52,028 nt of DNA from Bacillota bacterium. Its GTDB lineage: Bacteria; Bacillota; UBA4882; UBA8346. The translations under genes and the position numbers were made by a program. A model generated the notes under the pieces. That model was not told the origin of the DNA, made no database searches, and was given only the letters and a program-made list of their open reading frames with translations. Every line of letters begins with the position of its first letter. The first letter of the stretch is position 1. The stretch is taken from positions 1 to 52,028 of the forward strand of contig DNPQ01000567.1 of assembly GCA_003501335.1 (NCBI GenBank), written 5' to 3'. Of this stretch, positions 1 through 7,937 are shown in pieces.

Positions 1-138
1 GAGATACAATTAATCACCAATTTCCATGAACTTTCCCCTCTTTCTCAGCAAACCGTGCTAAACCTGATCAACAGTTTAAAAGAAATTGATCAAGCCCAAA
101 AGGCACCGTCGGCAACCATCGAAAAAGGGGTAAGCTAA
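1..138 (+). CDS. C-terminal fragment of an unidentified protein that runs off the left window edge
   Basis: Frame 1 is open from position 1 to TAA at 136-138 (…LSPLSQQTVLNLINSLKEIDQAQKAPSATIEKGVS*). A hairpin lies downstream at 242-266. No start codon is visible in the window. Confidence 0.3.
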   Translation, partial: EIQLITNFHELSPLSQQTVLNLINSLKEIDQAQKAPSATIEKGVS

Positions 139-241
139 TTCCCCGTTCAATATACCAATCAAAACTGTATTATAAACCCCCTGTAGCTAGTTGATTGCCC
201 GCTCAGACCAGCACCAGCGATGTATTAAAGCATTCTGACAA

Positions 242-266
242 AGAACCAGGTCAAAAACCTGGTTCT
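242..266. terminator. Hairpin between convergent genes, possibly a bidirectional terminator
   Basis: Perfect 9-bp stem agaaccagg / cctggttct with a 7-nt loop. The flanking T-runs are weak on both strands. Confidence 0.35.
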
Positions 267-328
267 TCATTAATTGGCTTTATTTTCTTAACTTATCGGG
301 GAATATAATACAATCCATCTCTTTCCCC

Positions 329-907
329 TTACCACCTTCGATGACCATAATGAGGCCAAGGCCACCACCAATTCAATATAATATGTTCATGAACCGAATA
401 ATCATCATGATAATCATCGTCATGATAGTCAACGGAAAAAACAGCATTATTCGGGTGCCAGCCGTCAGGGCCGAAATAAATTTTATTGACATCTATTTTT
501 TTGCCATCCATGGATAATTCAAATTTCACAGACCGTCCCCGAAATACATTGAAATCGATAGCTGCTACCTGACCTACCCCACTAAGCTGAAATTTCAAAG
601 TTTCCCGATCGGATGTTAATCGGGAATAGTCACTGCTATCAGATGATTTGGTCATAATATTTTCAATCCTGCCGTCTGTATCGATGACTCCCGTGAAAAT
701 ATGCTGAACGCCATCCGCTGCTACAACCTTTAAATGGAACCCGGAACCATCATGCCAAATAAAGTATCCCTCAAGATGTTGCTGGAGCAGTCCGACGGGT
801 TCCCCTTCCATATTCGTCGGCCAATAGGCGCATACTAAATTTCCAAAACACAAAGTCATAGCAACTGCCAAAGTCAGCGTCAACCATTTTTTCATGCCGT
901 TTTTCAC
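329..907 (-). CDS. Secreted hypothetical protein
   Basis: 192-aa ORF with an N-terminal signal-like segment (KKWLTLTLAVAMTLCFGNLVCA) and a His/Asp/Trp-rich C-terminus. I do not recognise a family. The start may be the internal MKKW. Confidence 0.5.
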   Translation of the reverse strand: MKNGMKKWLTLTLAVAMTLCFGNLVCAYWPTNMEGEPVGLLQQHLEGYFIWHDGSGFHLKVVAADGVQHIFTGVIDTDGRIENIMTKSSDSSDYSRLTSDRETLKFQLSGVGQVAAIDFNVFRGRSVKFELSMDGKKIDVNKIYFGPDGWHPNNAVFSVDYHDDDYHDDYSVHEHIILNWWWPWPHYGHRRW

Positions 908-1105
908 TCCTTACTGGGGGATTTTTAAATTCTTACTACCCCCGTTTTATCAAATTGATGTGGATTTTTAATGAAGAATTCGTGTAAAAGTCATGAAATT
1001 TACAATCCATTTTTTCATAAAAAATGGCCCTCCAGGGAGGGTATATAAAACAAGAAGGATATTCTTATAAAGGTGAGCCGCCCAATCCGGACGGCTCTAT
1101 GAATA

Positions 1106-1267
1106 CTATCTTATTAATAATAAATGCCTTTCTTGCTTACCCTGCTCGAGCTCCTGCTTTAATTTGGTTAATTCCAGCATCCATGCTGCAGTTTGATCGA
1201 TAGCCCAATTAATCTTTTCGATCGACTCATCCGTTTTCAATGTGCTGAGCAATTTTGTAACCTCCAT
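1106..1267 (-). CDS. Possible small helical protein (53 aa), below the ORF-track cutoff
   Basis: ATG at 1267 and TAG at 1106-1108. Translation is MEVTKLLSTLKTDESIEKINWAIDQTAAWMLELTKLKQELEQGKQERHLLLIR. It looks more protein-like than the low-complexity plus-strand ORFs it overlaps. The Shine-Dalgarno sequence is weak. Confidence 0.25.
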   Translation of the reverse strand: MEVTKLLSTLKTDESIEKINWAIDQTAAWMLELTKLKQELEQGKQERHLLLIR

Positions 1268-1541
1268 TGTCCGTATTTTTTAAGCACTTACCAAAGGAGG
1301 CCAAATGGGATATTTTATTCTCTTGGTGTCAAAAAATTCGTTTCTTACACACTAGGCCTCCAAAACCTCTCTGTTGCAGTGGGGGCGTTTGCATTGTCAC
1401 AATTCAATTCGTTCATCATCTCCCTAATTATTTTGCTAGGGAATTTATGTTCGTATTATATCACTCCCAAAATTTTTTGTAAGTACTTGACATTTTGTTC
1501 CTTTATTACCTTTTTCTGTAATATCGGATACTCCGGATAAT

Positions 1542-1572
1542 AAAAAAAAATACCGGCCACCATGCTGGCCGG
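1542..1572 (-). terminator. Rho-independent terminator downstream of the cotD-like gene
   Basis: 7-bp GC-rich stem ccggcca / tggccgg (1553-1572), followed on the minus strand by a 9-nt T-run (A-run 1542-1550 on the plus strand). Confidence 0.6.
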
Positions 1573-1633
1573 ATTTAGCATTCTCATTCTCCGTTTTCAA
1601 ATTCTTACTTCTCCCTTAAAATTTCTAAATACT

Positions 1634-1867
1634 CTATCGATGATGTCTTCGATGTTCATGACGTTCTGAGTCTCGGCCAGGGCAGCCCGGATCCACAACC
1701 ACATTTCTAGTTATCGGTTGATAGATATGTTGAGGAACATTAACTATATTTTCCCGATTGATATGCACAACCGGATGAATATGAGTAACTGTTCGGAAAG
1801 TATAAGAGTCATGTACACAGTATTGCGGAGGATATATGACTGGCTGACAATCGCACATCCAAATCAC
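1634..1867 (-). CDS. CotD-family inner spore coat protein (likely)
   Basis: 77 aa, rich in Cys, His, Pro and Val, with repeated H-x-hP/VH motifs (THIHPVVHINRENIVNVPQHIY) typical of CotD-type coat proteins. A terminator lies downstream. Confidence 0.55.
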   Translation of the reverse strand: MIWMCDCQPVIYPPQYCVHDSYTFRTVTHIHPVVHINRENIVNVPQHIYQPITRNVVVDPGCPGRDSERHEHRRHHR

Positions 1868-2036
1868 CCCCTAAATTTGCTTATAGAATAATATATGGAT
1901 TTATTAACAGTGAAGATATATGACTCTTATCATATTCTTAAAAAACAGGTTTCCTAAAGTATAGAAATAATAATACCAACCCCAAACGCCCTGCTTGCCT
2001 TATTGTCTTTCCGCACTATTATGGCACCCGTAACCT

Positions 2037-2387
2037 TTATAATCGTGTTATATTGATATTATCAAAATATAAACAGTTTATTATTATTTTACGAAATAAT
2101 AAACTGTTTGCGGTTAATTCTTCAATTATTTCTCCGGTTTCCGGATCAAAACCGGCAGCTATTAAAAATGTTTTAGGAATCCACCGAATCAATCCGGCGG
2201 ACTCTGGAATATTTCCAGAGGTTACCCGAATGTATCCGGCAATAAAAGAAACCATTTCAGAGGCTTGTAAAATCTCACTTTTGTTTTCCTGAAGTATTTT
2301 AAAAATTTCGTAAATAATTCCGGCCTGTGCGGAAACATTTTGAGAAATTTCCGGATTGATTCCAGCTTCGCTTAAAAAAGCTTTCAT
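2037..2387 (-). CDS. Hypothetical protein
   Basis: 116-aa ORF. An antisense 79-aa ORF (2053..2292) overlaps it. The minus-strand frame is longer and less low-complexity. Confidence 0.35.
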   Translation of the reverse strand: MKAFLSEAGINPEISQNVSAQAGIIYEIFKILQENKSEILQASEMVSFIAGYIRVTSGNIPESAGLIRWIPKTFLIAAGFDPETGEIIEELTANSLLFRKIIINCLYFDNINITRL

Positions 2388-2607
2388 GATTTCCGGATTT
2401 ATTCGCCGAGCCGGCTAAAATTTTCAAAGGACTTAGAATTCAATTCGGAAAAAGACGATGGGTTTGTCAAGATTTTCGTAAACAGTTCAGTGGTTATGGC
2501 AATGATTTCACGAATGGCTGAAATTCAACCAATTTCGTTATTAAATAGGAATTGCGGCCGGTTTTAAAAACAACAACCATTTTTTGTTGAAAGGAGGTGA
2601 ATAAAAA

Positions 2608-2970
2608 ATGTATCAAACCTTCGCGCATCAGATCAACCGCGCCAAGACGCTACTCGACGGACTGAATACTTATGGGGACGACGTGAGCCAGCTCGGAATT
2701 ACCAAGGATTTGGTCACCAAATTGAACGGTCTATACACCAAAGCCAATCAACTTGAACAACAACGTAATGACCTCAAGTCCAGTTCCAGAGAAGCCACCG
2801 CTAGCCAGACCCAAACCATGAGCGACCTAAACAGCCAATGTAGCCTGGTCAGAAAGTCCATCCGGGTTTCGCTCCCGGAAGAAAAATGGCCCGCTTTTGG
2901 TTTCAGAGCCGGTGAATATGCGGAAAAAGAGTCAACCCAGACCTCCGTATTAAACGAAATGGGTGCTTAA
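2608..2970 (+). CDS. Hypothetical helical protein
   Basis: 120-aa ORF with a strong SD (gaaaggaggtg) 8 nt upstream of the ATG. An imperfect hairpin follows at about 2979-3020. Confidence 0.55.
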   Translation: MYQTFAHQINRAKTLLDGLNTYGDDVSQLGITKDLVTKLNGLYTKANQLEQQRNDLKSSSREATASQTQTMSDLNSQCSLVRKSIRVSLPEEKWPAFGFRAGEYAEKESTQTSVLNEMGA

Positions 2971-3140
2971 AATCCACAGTCCGGCAGCTCTTTCCATATC
3001 ATTACGGAGAAAGCTGCCGGAAATAATTAATGAATATCTTCAAATCCTTAAAAATCAAGTTTAAAGGTAAAAGCAGTCAAAAATGACAGGGTTGGGGAAC
3101 ATTAGCGCGTTTCCCGAACGCAGACCGCCAAAATCCTATA

Positions 3141-3171
3141 AATAAAAAAGACTTTCTATTTTAGAAAGTCT
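3141..3171 (-). terminator. Native terminator of the tRNA-Lys gene, displaced by prophage insertion
   Basis: Perfect 9-bp stem agactttct / agaaagtct with a 5-nt loop. On the minus strand a T-run follows, immediately 3' of the orphan tRNA 3' fragment. Confidence 0.65.
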
Positions 3172-3182
3172 CAATAATCTTT

Positions 3183-3230
3183 TGGTGGACCACTGCGGGC
3201 TCGAACCGCAGACCCGCTGATTAAGAGTCA
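3183..3230. repeat. attL: orphan 3' 48 nt of tRNA-Lys(CUU), one copy of the att core direct repeat
   Basis: The 48-bp string tggtggaccactgcgggctcgaaccgcagacccgctgattaagagtca is identical to 46115-46162. It covers the anticodon loop through CCA only, so it is not a functional tRNA. Confidence 0.9.
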
Positions 3231-3431
3231 CATGGCGTGCCAGTTTAACAGTATTAAACAGTTCCAAAGTAACCCGTGAACCGTTGAAAATGCTCGAGAT
3301 TCCATTTTCTTCCTCTAAAATCAAACTCAAAAAATCCCAAAGTTTTTTAAACTCATTTGTTGCAGATTTGTTGAAAGCCTGCTAGACGTATTTTTTGATC
3401 ATTAGCATAATAATGCCTTGGAAGTAAAATG

Positions 3432-4301
3432 TTAATCCTCTTCATAATTATCGTTTAAGTAATTATTTTTTACTCCCAAAATCTCATCATTTTTGGAAAC
3501 CAGTGGATCAAACCAATCCGCCTTTTCCTTTGCCCATTTTATCCATTCAGTAACCTTTTTGGACTTTTCATTTTTATCTAAATCAGCTTCTATTGCTGCA
3601 ATAAAATCCCTAATTATTCTGGCTTTGTGCCAATCCATAGCGGTTTCTTCAAGTTCTTTAAATTTTCCCAGTTCTTTACGCTGCAATTCTTCTTGCCTTT
3701 GCCTTATTTCTTTTTCTTCTTCCCTACGTTTGTCGGCCGCCTCAAAAGCTTCTTTTCTGATCATGCTATCTTCAGCTGTTTTTATAAGAGCTATAATAAA
3801 TTCGCCAAGATAATCTTCTACCTTTTTATTTTTCCCATCATTCCAATTTTTCTGTTTTGCACAATAATCATCAAGAATTAACCCAAGCTCGCCTTTCGGA
3901 GTATAATCATAAGGTAGTATTCTATAAAATTGGTCTTTTTCTTTTCTTTTTATCTCTTCCGGAGTAGGTATATGATTTATTTGATTAAAATGTTCTTTTA
4001 GCTTAAAGCCAATTTTTTCCCCATGAATTTTTACAAAAAAATAATTCTTTTTACCGCCAGCATTAATAGTATACCCTAAATCTTCCAATGCCCCAATTAA
4101 GGTATCCAGTATCCGTTTACCTCGATCATAAACATCTTTTGAAATATCAATATTAGCTTTTGAAATCACTGTATGAAATTTATTAATTTGCTTAGGAATA
4201 ACAACGCTTGAACATACCTCCTCCAATCGTCTCCGTTCATCTTCATTTAAAAATTTTAGGTCTGAAATTCTTTGGATTAATTTAAATGCCTTCACAACCA
4301 T
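3432..4301 (-). CDS. Hypothetical accessory protein (289 aa) with a highly charged coiled C-terminal half
   Basis: Long ORF with no recognised catalytic motif. It contains a Lys/Glu-rich helical segment (RKEAFEAADKRREEEKEIRQRQEELQRKELGKFKELEE). It is the first gene inside attL and diverges from an HTH gene. Confidence 0.6.
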   Translation of the reverse strand: MVVKAFKLIQRISDLKFLNEDERRRLEEVCSSVVIPKQINKFHTVISKANIDISKDVYDRGKRILDTLIGALEDLGYTINAGGKKNYFFVKIHGEKIGFKLKEHFNQINHIPTPEEIKRKEKDQFYRILPYDYTPKGELGLILDDYCAKQKNWNDGKNKKVEDYLGEFIIALIKTAEDSMIRKEAFEAADKRREEEKEIRQRQEELQRKELGKFKELEETAMDWHKARIIRDFIAAIEADLDKNEKSKKVTEWIKWAKEKADWFDPLVSKNDEILGVKNNYLNDNYEED

Positions 4302-4619
4302 GGTTTATACTCACCCTCGATCTAATCCTTTACTAATAAAATATATATCGGTCATTGCATAACCAAGTATTATATTTGCAATGAATGACAATACTTTTAT
4401 TGGATATATTGCAGGGAGGCCAAATGGCTACTTATGAAGTAACATATAGAGGCAACGCACAAAAAACGGGTTTGACAATGTTATTTCAAGAACCGCTAGA
4501 CCAGTTAATAAAACTATTAATCACGGTCCTTTGGTTACGATGATTTACGATTATTTTAATAAAAACGGGATAATTAAAAAGGAACGCGTTTATATGCCAG
4601 ATCAAATGGAGGATGAATA

Positions 4620-4850
4620 ATGAGCGGTCAATATCAAGACTATCCCGAAATTATGACTGGTCCACAAATGGCAGAATTATTTGGAGTATCACCGACAACC
4701 ATTAGAGACTGGTTCAGAGCAAAAGAATTCCCATTTGGTAAACTTCAGTTTCAAGTTGATTACTTCAAATCCGGGCGTGAACTTCGCATTATCAAAGATC
4801 GTATCTGTGTGATGGCTGGGATTATACCAAAAAATGCGGGAGGTAGCTAA
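4620..4850 (+). CDS. Excisionase/MerR-type (HTH_17-like) DNA-binding protein
   Basis: 76 aa. The motif MTGPQMAELFGVSPTTIRDWFRAKEFP resembles excisionase-family helix-turn-helix proteins. Confidence 0.55.
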   Translation: MSGQYQDYPEIMTGPQMAELFGVSPTTIRDWFRAKEFPFGKLQFQVDYFKSGRELRIIKDRICVMAGIIPKNAGGS

Positions 4851-4975
4851 TGAATAGTTCAAAAAATTATCTGAAATACATTCCTTTAGCATCGATGATT
4901 GTTGAAATAATGATAAAGAAAGGATATATCAAAATAAGCAGTTGCCTTCATAATGTAAAGCAAAAGGAGAATTAA
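4850..4975 (+). CDS. Possible translationally coupled small ORF (41 aa)
   Basis: Its ATG overlaps the upstream TAA (taATG), with GGGAGG 8 nt upstream. It is below the ORF-track cutoff. Confidence 0.25.
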   Translation: MNSSKNYLKYIPLASMIVEIMIKKGYIKISSCLHNVKQKEN

Positions 4976-5200
4976 TATATATTGTATAACGAGTATTGCT
5001 TTTGATTGTGAAACGTTTATTCACCTTCGAAATGAAATTTCTTGCGCTGGAATTGATAACGAAAAATTAATCTTGATTTCTATTTCAGGATGATAAACAA
5101 AATAAAAAAGAAGTTGAGGTATTACCTACAGAGTTGGCGAATCTTTTTATAAACCTGGAAGCGGGAATGTCAGTTACAAAGCAAGGAAAGAGATGAACAA

Positions 5201-5353
5201 ATGGGACTAACAATTTTGATTAACCGAAAAGATTTTTCTTTAATATCATTTCAAAATGGGTCAGATAACGGCAATGAAGATTATCTCGATGCAGTTGCAA
5301 AAACTTATTTTAAGGCTATAGAACATAAAAAAAGTAAAAAGAGAGACCTCTAA
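5201..5353 (+). CDS. Possible small ORF (50 aa)
   Basis: ATG at 5201, preceded by aaggaaagag. Translation is MGLTILINRKDFSLISFQNGSDNGNEDYLDAVAKTYFKAIEHKKSKKRDL. It is below the ORF-track cutoff. Confidence 0.25.
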   Translation: MGLTILINRKDFSLISFQNGSDNGNEDYLDAVAKTYFKAIEHKKSKKRDL

Positions 5354-5455
5354 TCAATGAACATTATTTGCAAGAAGGCGCAAAGGATAAGCGGTCCCTC
5401 CCCTAAAAATATTTAGAAAAGAGCATCCAAATTATTTCCTAACTGTCAGATTCAA

Positions 5456-5629
5456 TTAAGTATTTTGTAATTCGTCTTTGGCTTCTTTTATCCATTTTAT
5501 GAGTAAATCTGCTTGGTCTGGGTGTATGCAAATGATTGCATCATCACTCCCGAAATCACTTTGTTGTATACATATATTACCTGTTTCGCTAGTATAAACT
5601 CTCACTTGTTGCATTTCATGATCAGCCAT
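5456..5629 (-). CDS. Small hypothetical protein (57 aa)
   Basis: ATG at 5629 with a strong SD (ggggagg) 8 nt upstream. Translation is MADHEMQQVRVYTSETGNICIQQSDFGSDDAIICIHPDQADLLIKWIKEAKDELQNT. It is below the ORF-track cutoff. Confidence 0.45.
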   Translation of the reverse strand: MADHEMQQVRVYTSETGNICIQQSDFGSDDAIICIHPDQADLLIKWIKEAKDELQNT

Positions 5630-5715
5630 AAAATTTTACCTCCCCTCAATTGGTACTTCGATGGGAGAAAATAAATTCCTTTAAAGAGATGATCGATAAA
5701 TAATCTAACCCTTAT

Positions 5716-6813
5716 TCATCCCCATTCATAAGCATTTTTTATATAATTAATGATTTTGTTTTTCTCCCAAACTCCTGCAGCATTCTTCCCGGCTTCAATT
5801 TTAATAGCGCCTATTTGTTCCAATAAATCTTTATAATGCCGGAACTCCCGCCAAGTGATTCCCTTACCAATAACATCACGGTATGCCTGTGTAAAATCTT
5901 TAAGTTTTTTAGGAGGATCCAATTCGCTTTCAACATCATACAAAGATTCAGTTACCCATAGCAATTTATTTTGCTTTTCGGTAATCTCTGACGGTTCTGC
6001 CTCTGACACCCCTGGCGAAACCTCGGACAAAGGCCGTGACACTTCTGACAAAACAGCCTTATTAGTCTGCTGTTTTGACGATACCCCTGACAGTTCGGAT
6101 GAAGCTTTGTTAGAGGTTACAGGTTCATCATCGTCATCTATTTCGATTTTCCAATAAGTCAACATTACCCCTAAATAAATCATAAAAACCATGTATCCCA
6201 CTATCAAGAACTTTAAAAATTTTTCCGTTACTCCAATCAAAGGCTTAAAAACTTCTTCGGCATATTTAAAAACATTCCCCGAAACCTTTTCACTACTTGT
6301 ATTGTCAGTATTTAGGGGCCTATCTCCCAATGCGTCACGTTTCTCTTCATATTCGGCTATTTTATCCTCAATTCCAATGGCTTTCGGACCACGCTTATCT
6401 GTTTCATTGAGAGCCTGCTTCTGATAGTAGTCTATATTTCGGTTGTATTCATTATATTTAGCCTGCCAATTAGTTTGAGCCTGTGTTATCTCTTGCACTG
6501 CCTCTTCTTTATGACCGACTTCCATTGCAAAAAACCCGACTGCAAAACAAATCCCGATTATCACATAGCCGGAGCAAGCCAGCCTCAATAAAAAGGCTTT
6601 TATTAAGTTTCCGATTTTAGCATAAGCGAAACTGAGGCCCCAGATATATTGTACTTCTATTTCCAAATAAATTCCGAATACAAACATAAAGGCTTGAGTT
6701 AGCCAGAAATTTGATATCTGAATTAATCCCGAAATTAGCATAATACAGGTAAGACCCATTCCTACTCTATTTATAAACTTCTTCGCTAAGGTATGGTTAA
6801 TCAAATAGATCAC
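5716..6813 (-). CDS. Multi-pass membrane protein with a central coiled segment, a Ser/Glu-rich linker and a C-terminal globular domain
   Basis: 365-aa ORF. It has about four N-terminal hydrophobic helices and another TM (FLKFLIVGYMVFMIYLGVMLTYW). An acidic run (DDDDEP) and SE(V/L)S repeats follow. It lies 4 nt downstream of the OMP-like gene. The start is uncertain: the listed GTG lies inside the SD-like aggtga, so TTG at 6804 or ATG at 6762 are possible. Confidence 0.6.
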   Translation of the reverse strand: MIYLINHTLAKKFINRVGMGLTCIMLISGLIQISNFWLTQAFMFVFGIYLEIEVQYIWGLSFAYAKIGNLIKAFLLRLACSGYVIIGICFAVGFFAMEVGHKEEAVQEITQAQTNWQAKYNEYNRNIDYYQKQALNETDKRGPKAIGIEDKIAEYEEKRDALGDRPLNTDNTSSEKVSGNVFKYAEEVFKPLIGVTEKFLKFLIVGYMVFMIYLGVMLTYWKIEIDDDDEPVTSNKASSELSGVSSKQQTNKAVLSEVSRPLSEVSPGVSEAEPSEITEKQNKLLWVTESLYDVESELDPPKKLKDFTQAYRDVIGKGITWREFRHYKDLLEQIGAIKIEAGKNAAGVWEKNKIINYIKNAYEWG

Positions 6814-6817
6814 CTAC

Positions 6818-7234
6818 TTAAAATTCGTATTTACCTTCTATGTAAACTCCACTAGGAACCGATGTTCTATTTAATGTTCCACTATAAACAGGATGGTTGC
6901 ACCATTGAGACAATTTAACAGAAACGTTGTCACCGATATTGAATTGTAAATAAACTTCATATAATTGTCCATTTGGGTAAAATGCCGGTACTGATGAAAA
7001 GTATGTATTATATCCATTCGTAAAAGTCTTTTCTGTCGCTCCTATAGCTAACCAATCTATAAATCGATAATGTAAGTCCATTGTCCACACTTGACCGGGG
7101 AAGTCATCCGCTAGTTCATAACGAAAACTAGTAAATCCGTGTATACCGCTTTTCTCCATTGCGCTAACCGGCATCACCACCAAACAAGTCAAAAATACTA
7201 TTAAATTTGTCAAAAGTAAGAGGATTTTTTTCAT
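6818..7234 (-). CDS. Small secreted beta-rich protein with an outer-membrane-protein-like C-terminus
   Basis: 138 aa. It has a signal peptide (MKKILLLLTNLIVFLTCLVVMPVSA) and alternating amphipathic strands. The C-terminus is …GVYIEGKYEF, ending in Phe as in OMP beta-signals. SD ggggtga lies 6 nt upstream. Confidence 0.6.
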   Translation of the reverse strand: MKKILLLLTNLIVFLTCLVVMPVSAMEKSGIHGFTSFRYELADDFPGQVWTMDLHYRFIDWLAIGATEKTFTNGYNTYFSSVPAFYPNGQLYEVYLQFNIGDNVSVKLSQWCNHPVYSGTLNRTSVPSGVYIEGKYEF

Positions 7235-7381
7235 AACTGTTCACCCCGTTTTTGCATATTGTTGCTAATTGTTTGTTATGTTCTTATTGTAGCATCATGT
7301 TATAAAAATAGCAATCACAAATCTAACAGATTGCGACAGAGCTAACTTTATGCTATTATTTATTTAGAGAGGTGAATCTTT

Positions 7382-7579
7382 TTGGATGAAATTTTGACTA
7401 TGGAAGAAGCCGCAGAATTTATTGGAGTTGATCGAACTACGCTTTACCGATGGGCCAAAGCAGGGAAAATTACCATTTATAAAAAAGGTAGAAATTCAGT
7501 AATTAAAAAGGCTGATGCTGAAAAAGTTAAGGCAGAAAACGAAGAACTAAAACCGCTTTTCCCCCAAAAGCCCGAATAA
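7382..7579 (+). CDS. Excisionase-family (HTH_17-like) DNA-binding protein
   Basis: 65 aa. The motif TMEEAAEFIGVDRTTLYRWAKAGKITIYKKGR is a classic excisionase/AlpA-type HTH. It has a TTG start with SD gagaggtga. Confidence 0.6.
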   Translation: MDEILTMEEAAEFIGVDRTTLYRWAKAGKITIYKKGRNSVIKKADAEKVKAENEELKPLFPQKPE

Positions 7580-7602
7580 ATAATAAATCGGAGGGATAGT
7601 TG

Positions 7603-7773
7603 ATGAAAAAATACAAGGCTTTTATCAGTTTTAGAAATACCGACGAAGTTAAAAGTGTTAAGTTTGATAGCCAATTCGAGTTTCTTGATTATTGCAAGCA
7701 CTCTTTTTGCATTAAACATTACACTTTAATTGATAACGAAACCCTAAAAGTCATTAAATCAGACGATGTATGA
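7603..7773 (+). CDS. Small hypothetical protein (56 aa)
   Basis: ATG at 7603 with SD ggaggg. Translation begins MKKYKAFISFRNTDEVKSVKFDSQFEFLDYCKHSFCIKHYTLIDNETLKV…. It is below the ORF-track cutoff. Confidence 0.45.
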   Translation: MKKYKAFISFRNTDEVKSVKFDSQFEFLDYCKHSFCIKHYTLIDNETLKVIKSDDV

Positions 7774-7781
7774 GGTAAACG

Positions 7782-7928
7782 ATGGACTTTACATTAGCCT
7801 GGCGTGAATGGGTTAAACATAACCTGGATATCAAAGATTGTACTTGTAATGAATGTGATAAGGTCGAAAAGTGTTCATATACTTATGATCTATACAATAT
7901 CGATGGCGATTGCATAATGGAAAAATAA
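7782..7928 (+). CDS. Small Cys-rich protein (48 aa)
   Basis: ATG at 7782 with SD gagg. Translation is MDFTLAWREWVKHNLDIKDCTCNECDKVEKCSYTYDLYNIDGDCIMEK. It has five Cys residues, so it may bind a metal. It is below the ORF-track cutoff. Confidence 0.45.
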   Translation: MDFTLAWREWVKHNLDIKDCTCNECDKVEKCSYTYDLYNIDGDCIMEK

Positions 7929-7937
7929 GGAGAACAT

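Noticed and set aside
1193-1540. Plus-strand ORFs 1193..1540 and 1267..1482
   Set aside because: Their translations are low-complexity and rich in Phe, Leu, Ile and Cys, with no SD. They are mutually overlapping in an AT-rich spacer. A more protein-like small ORF lies on the opposite strand.
2053-2292. 79-aa plus-strand ORF
   Set aside because: It is fully contained antisense within the longer 2037..2387 minus-strand ORF, and neither has strong signals. I kept only the longer one, at low confidence.
3136-3330. 64-aa minus-strand ORF from the track
   Set aside because: It spans the orphan tRNA-Lys 3' fragment (attL) and the tRNA terminator hairpin. It is most simply read-through of non-coding DNA, and it has no SD.
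3493-3881. Plus-strand ORFs 3493..3813 and 3627..3881
   Set aside because: They are antisense to the 289-aa gene. Their Ser/Phe/Leu-rich low-complexity translations are typical of the reverse frame of a Lys/Glu-rich coding region.
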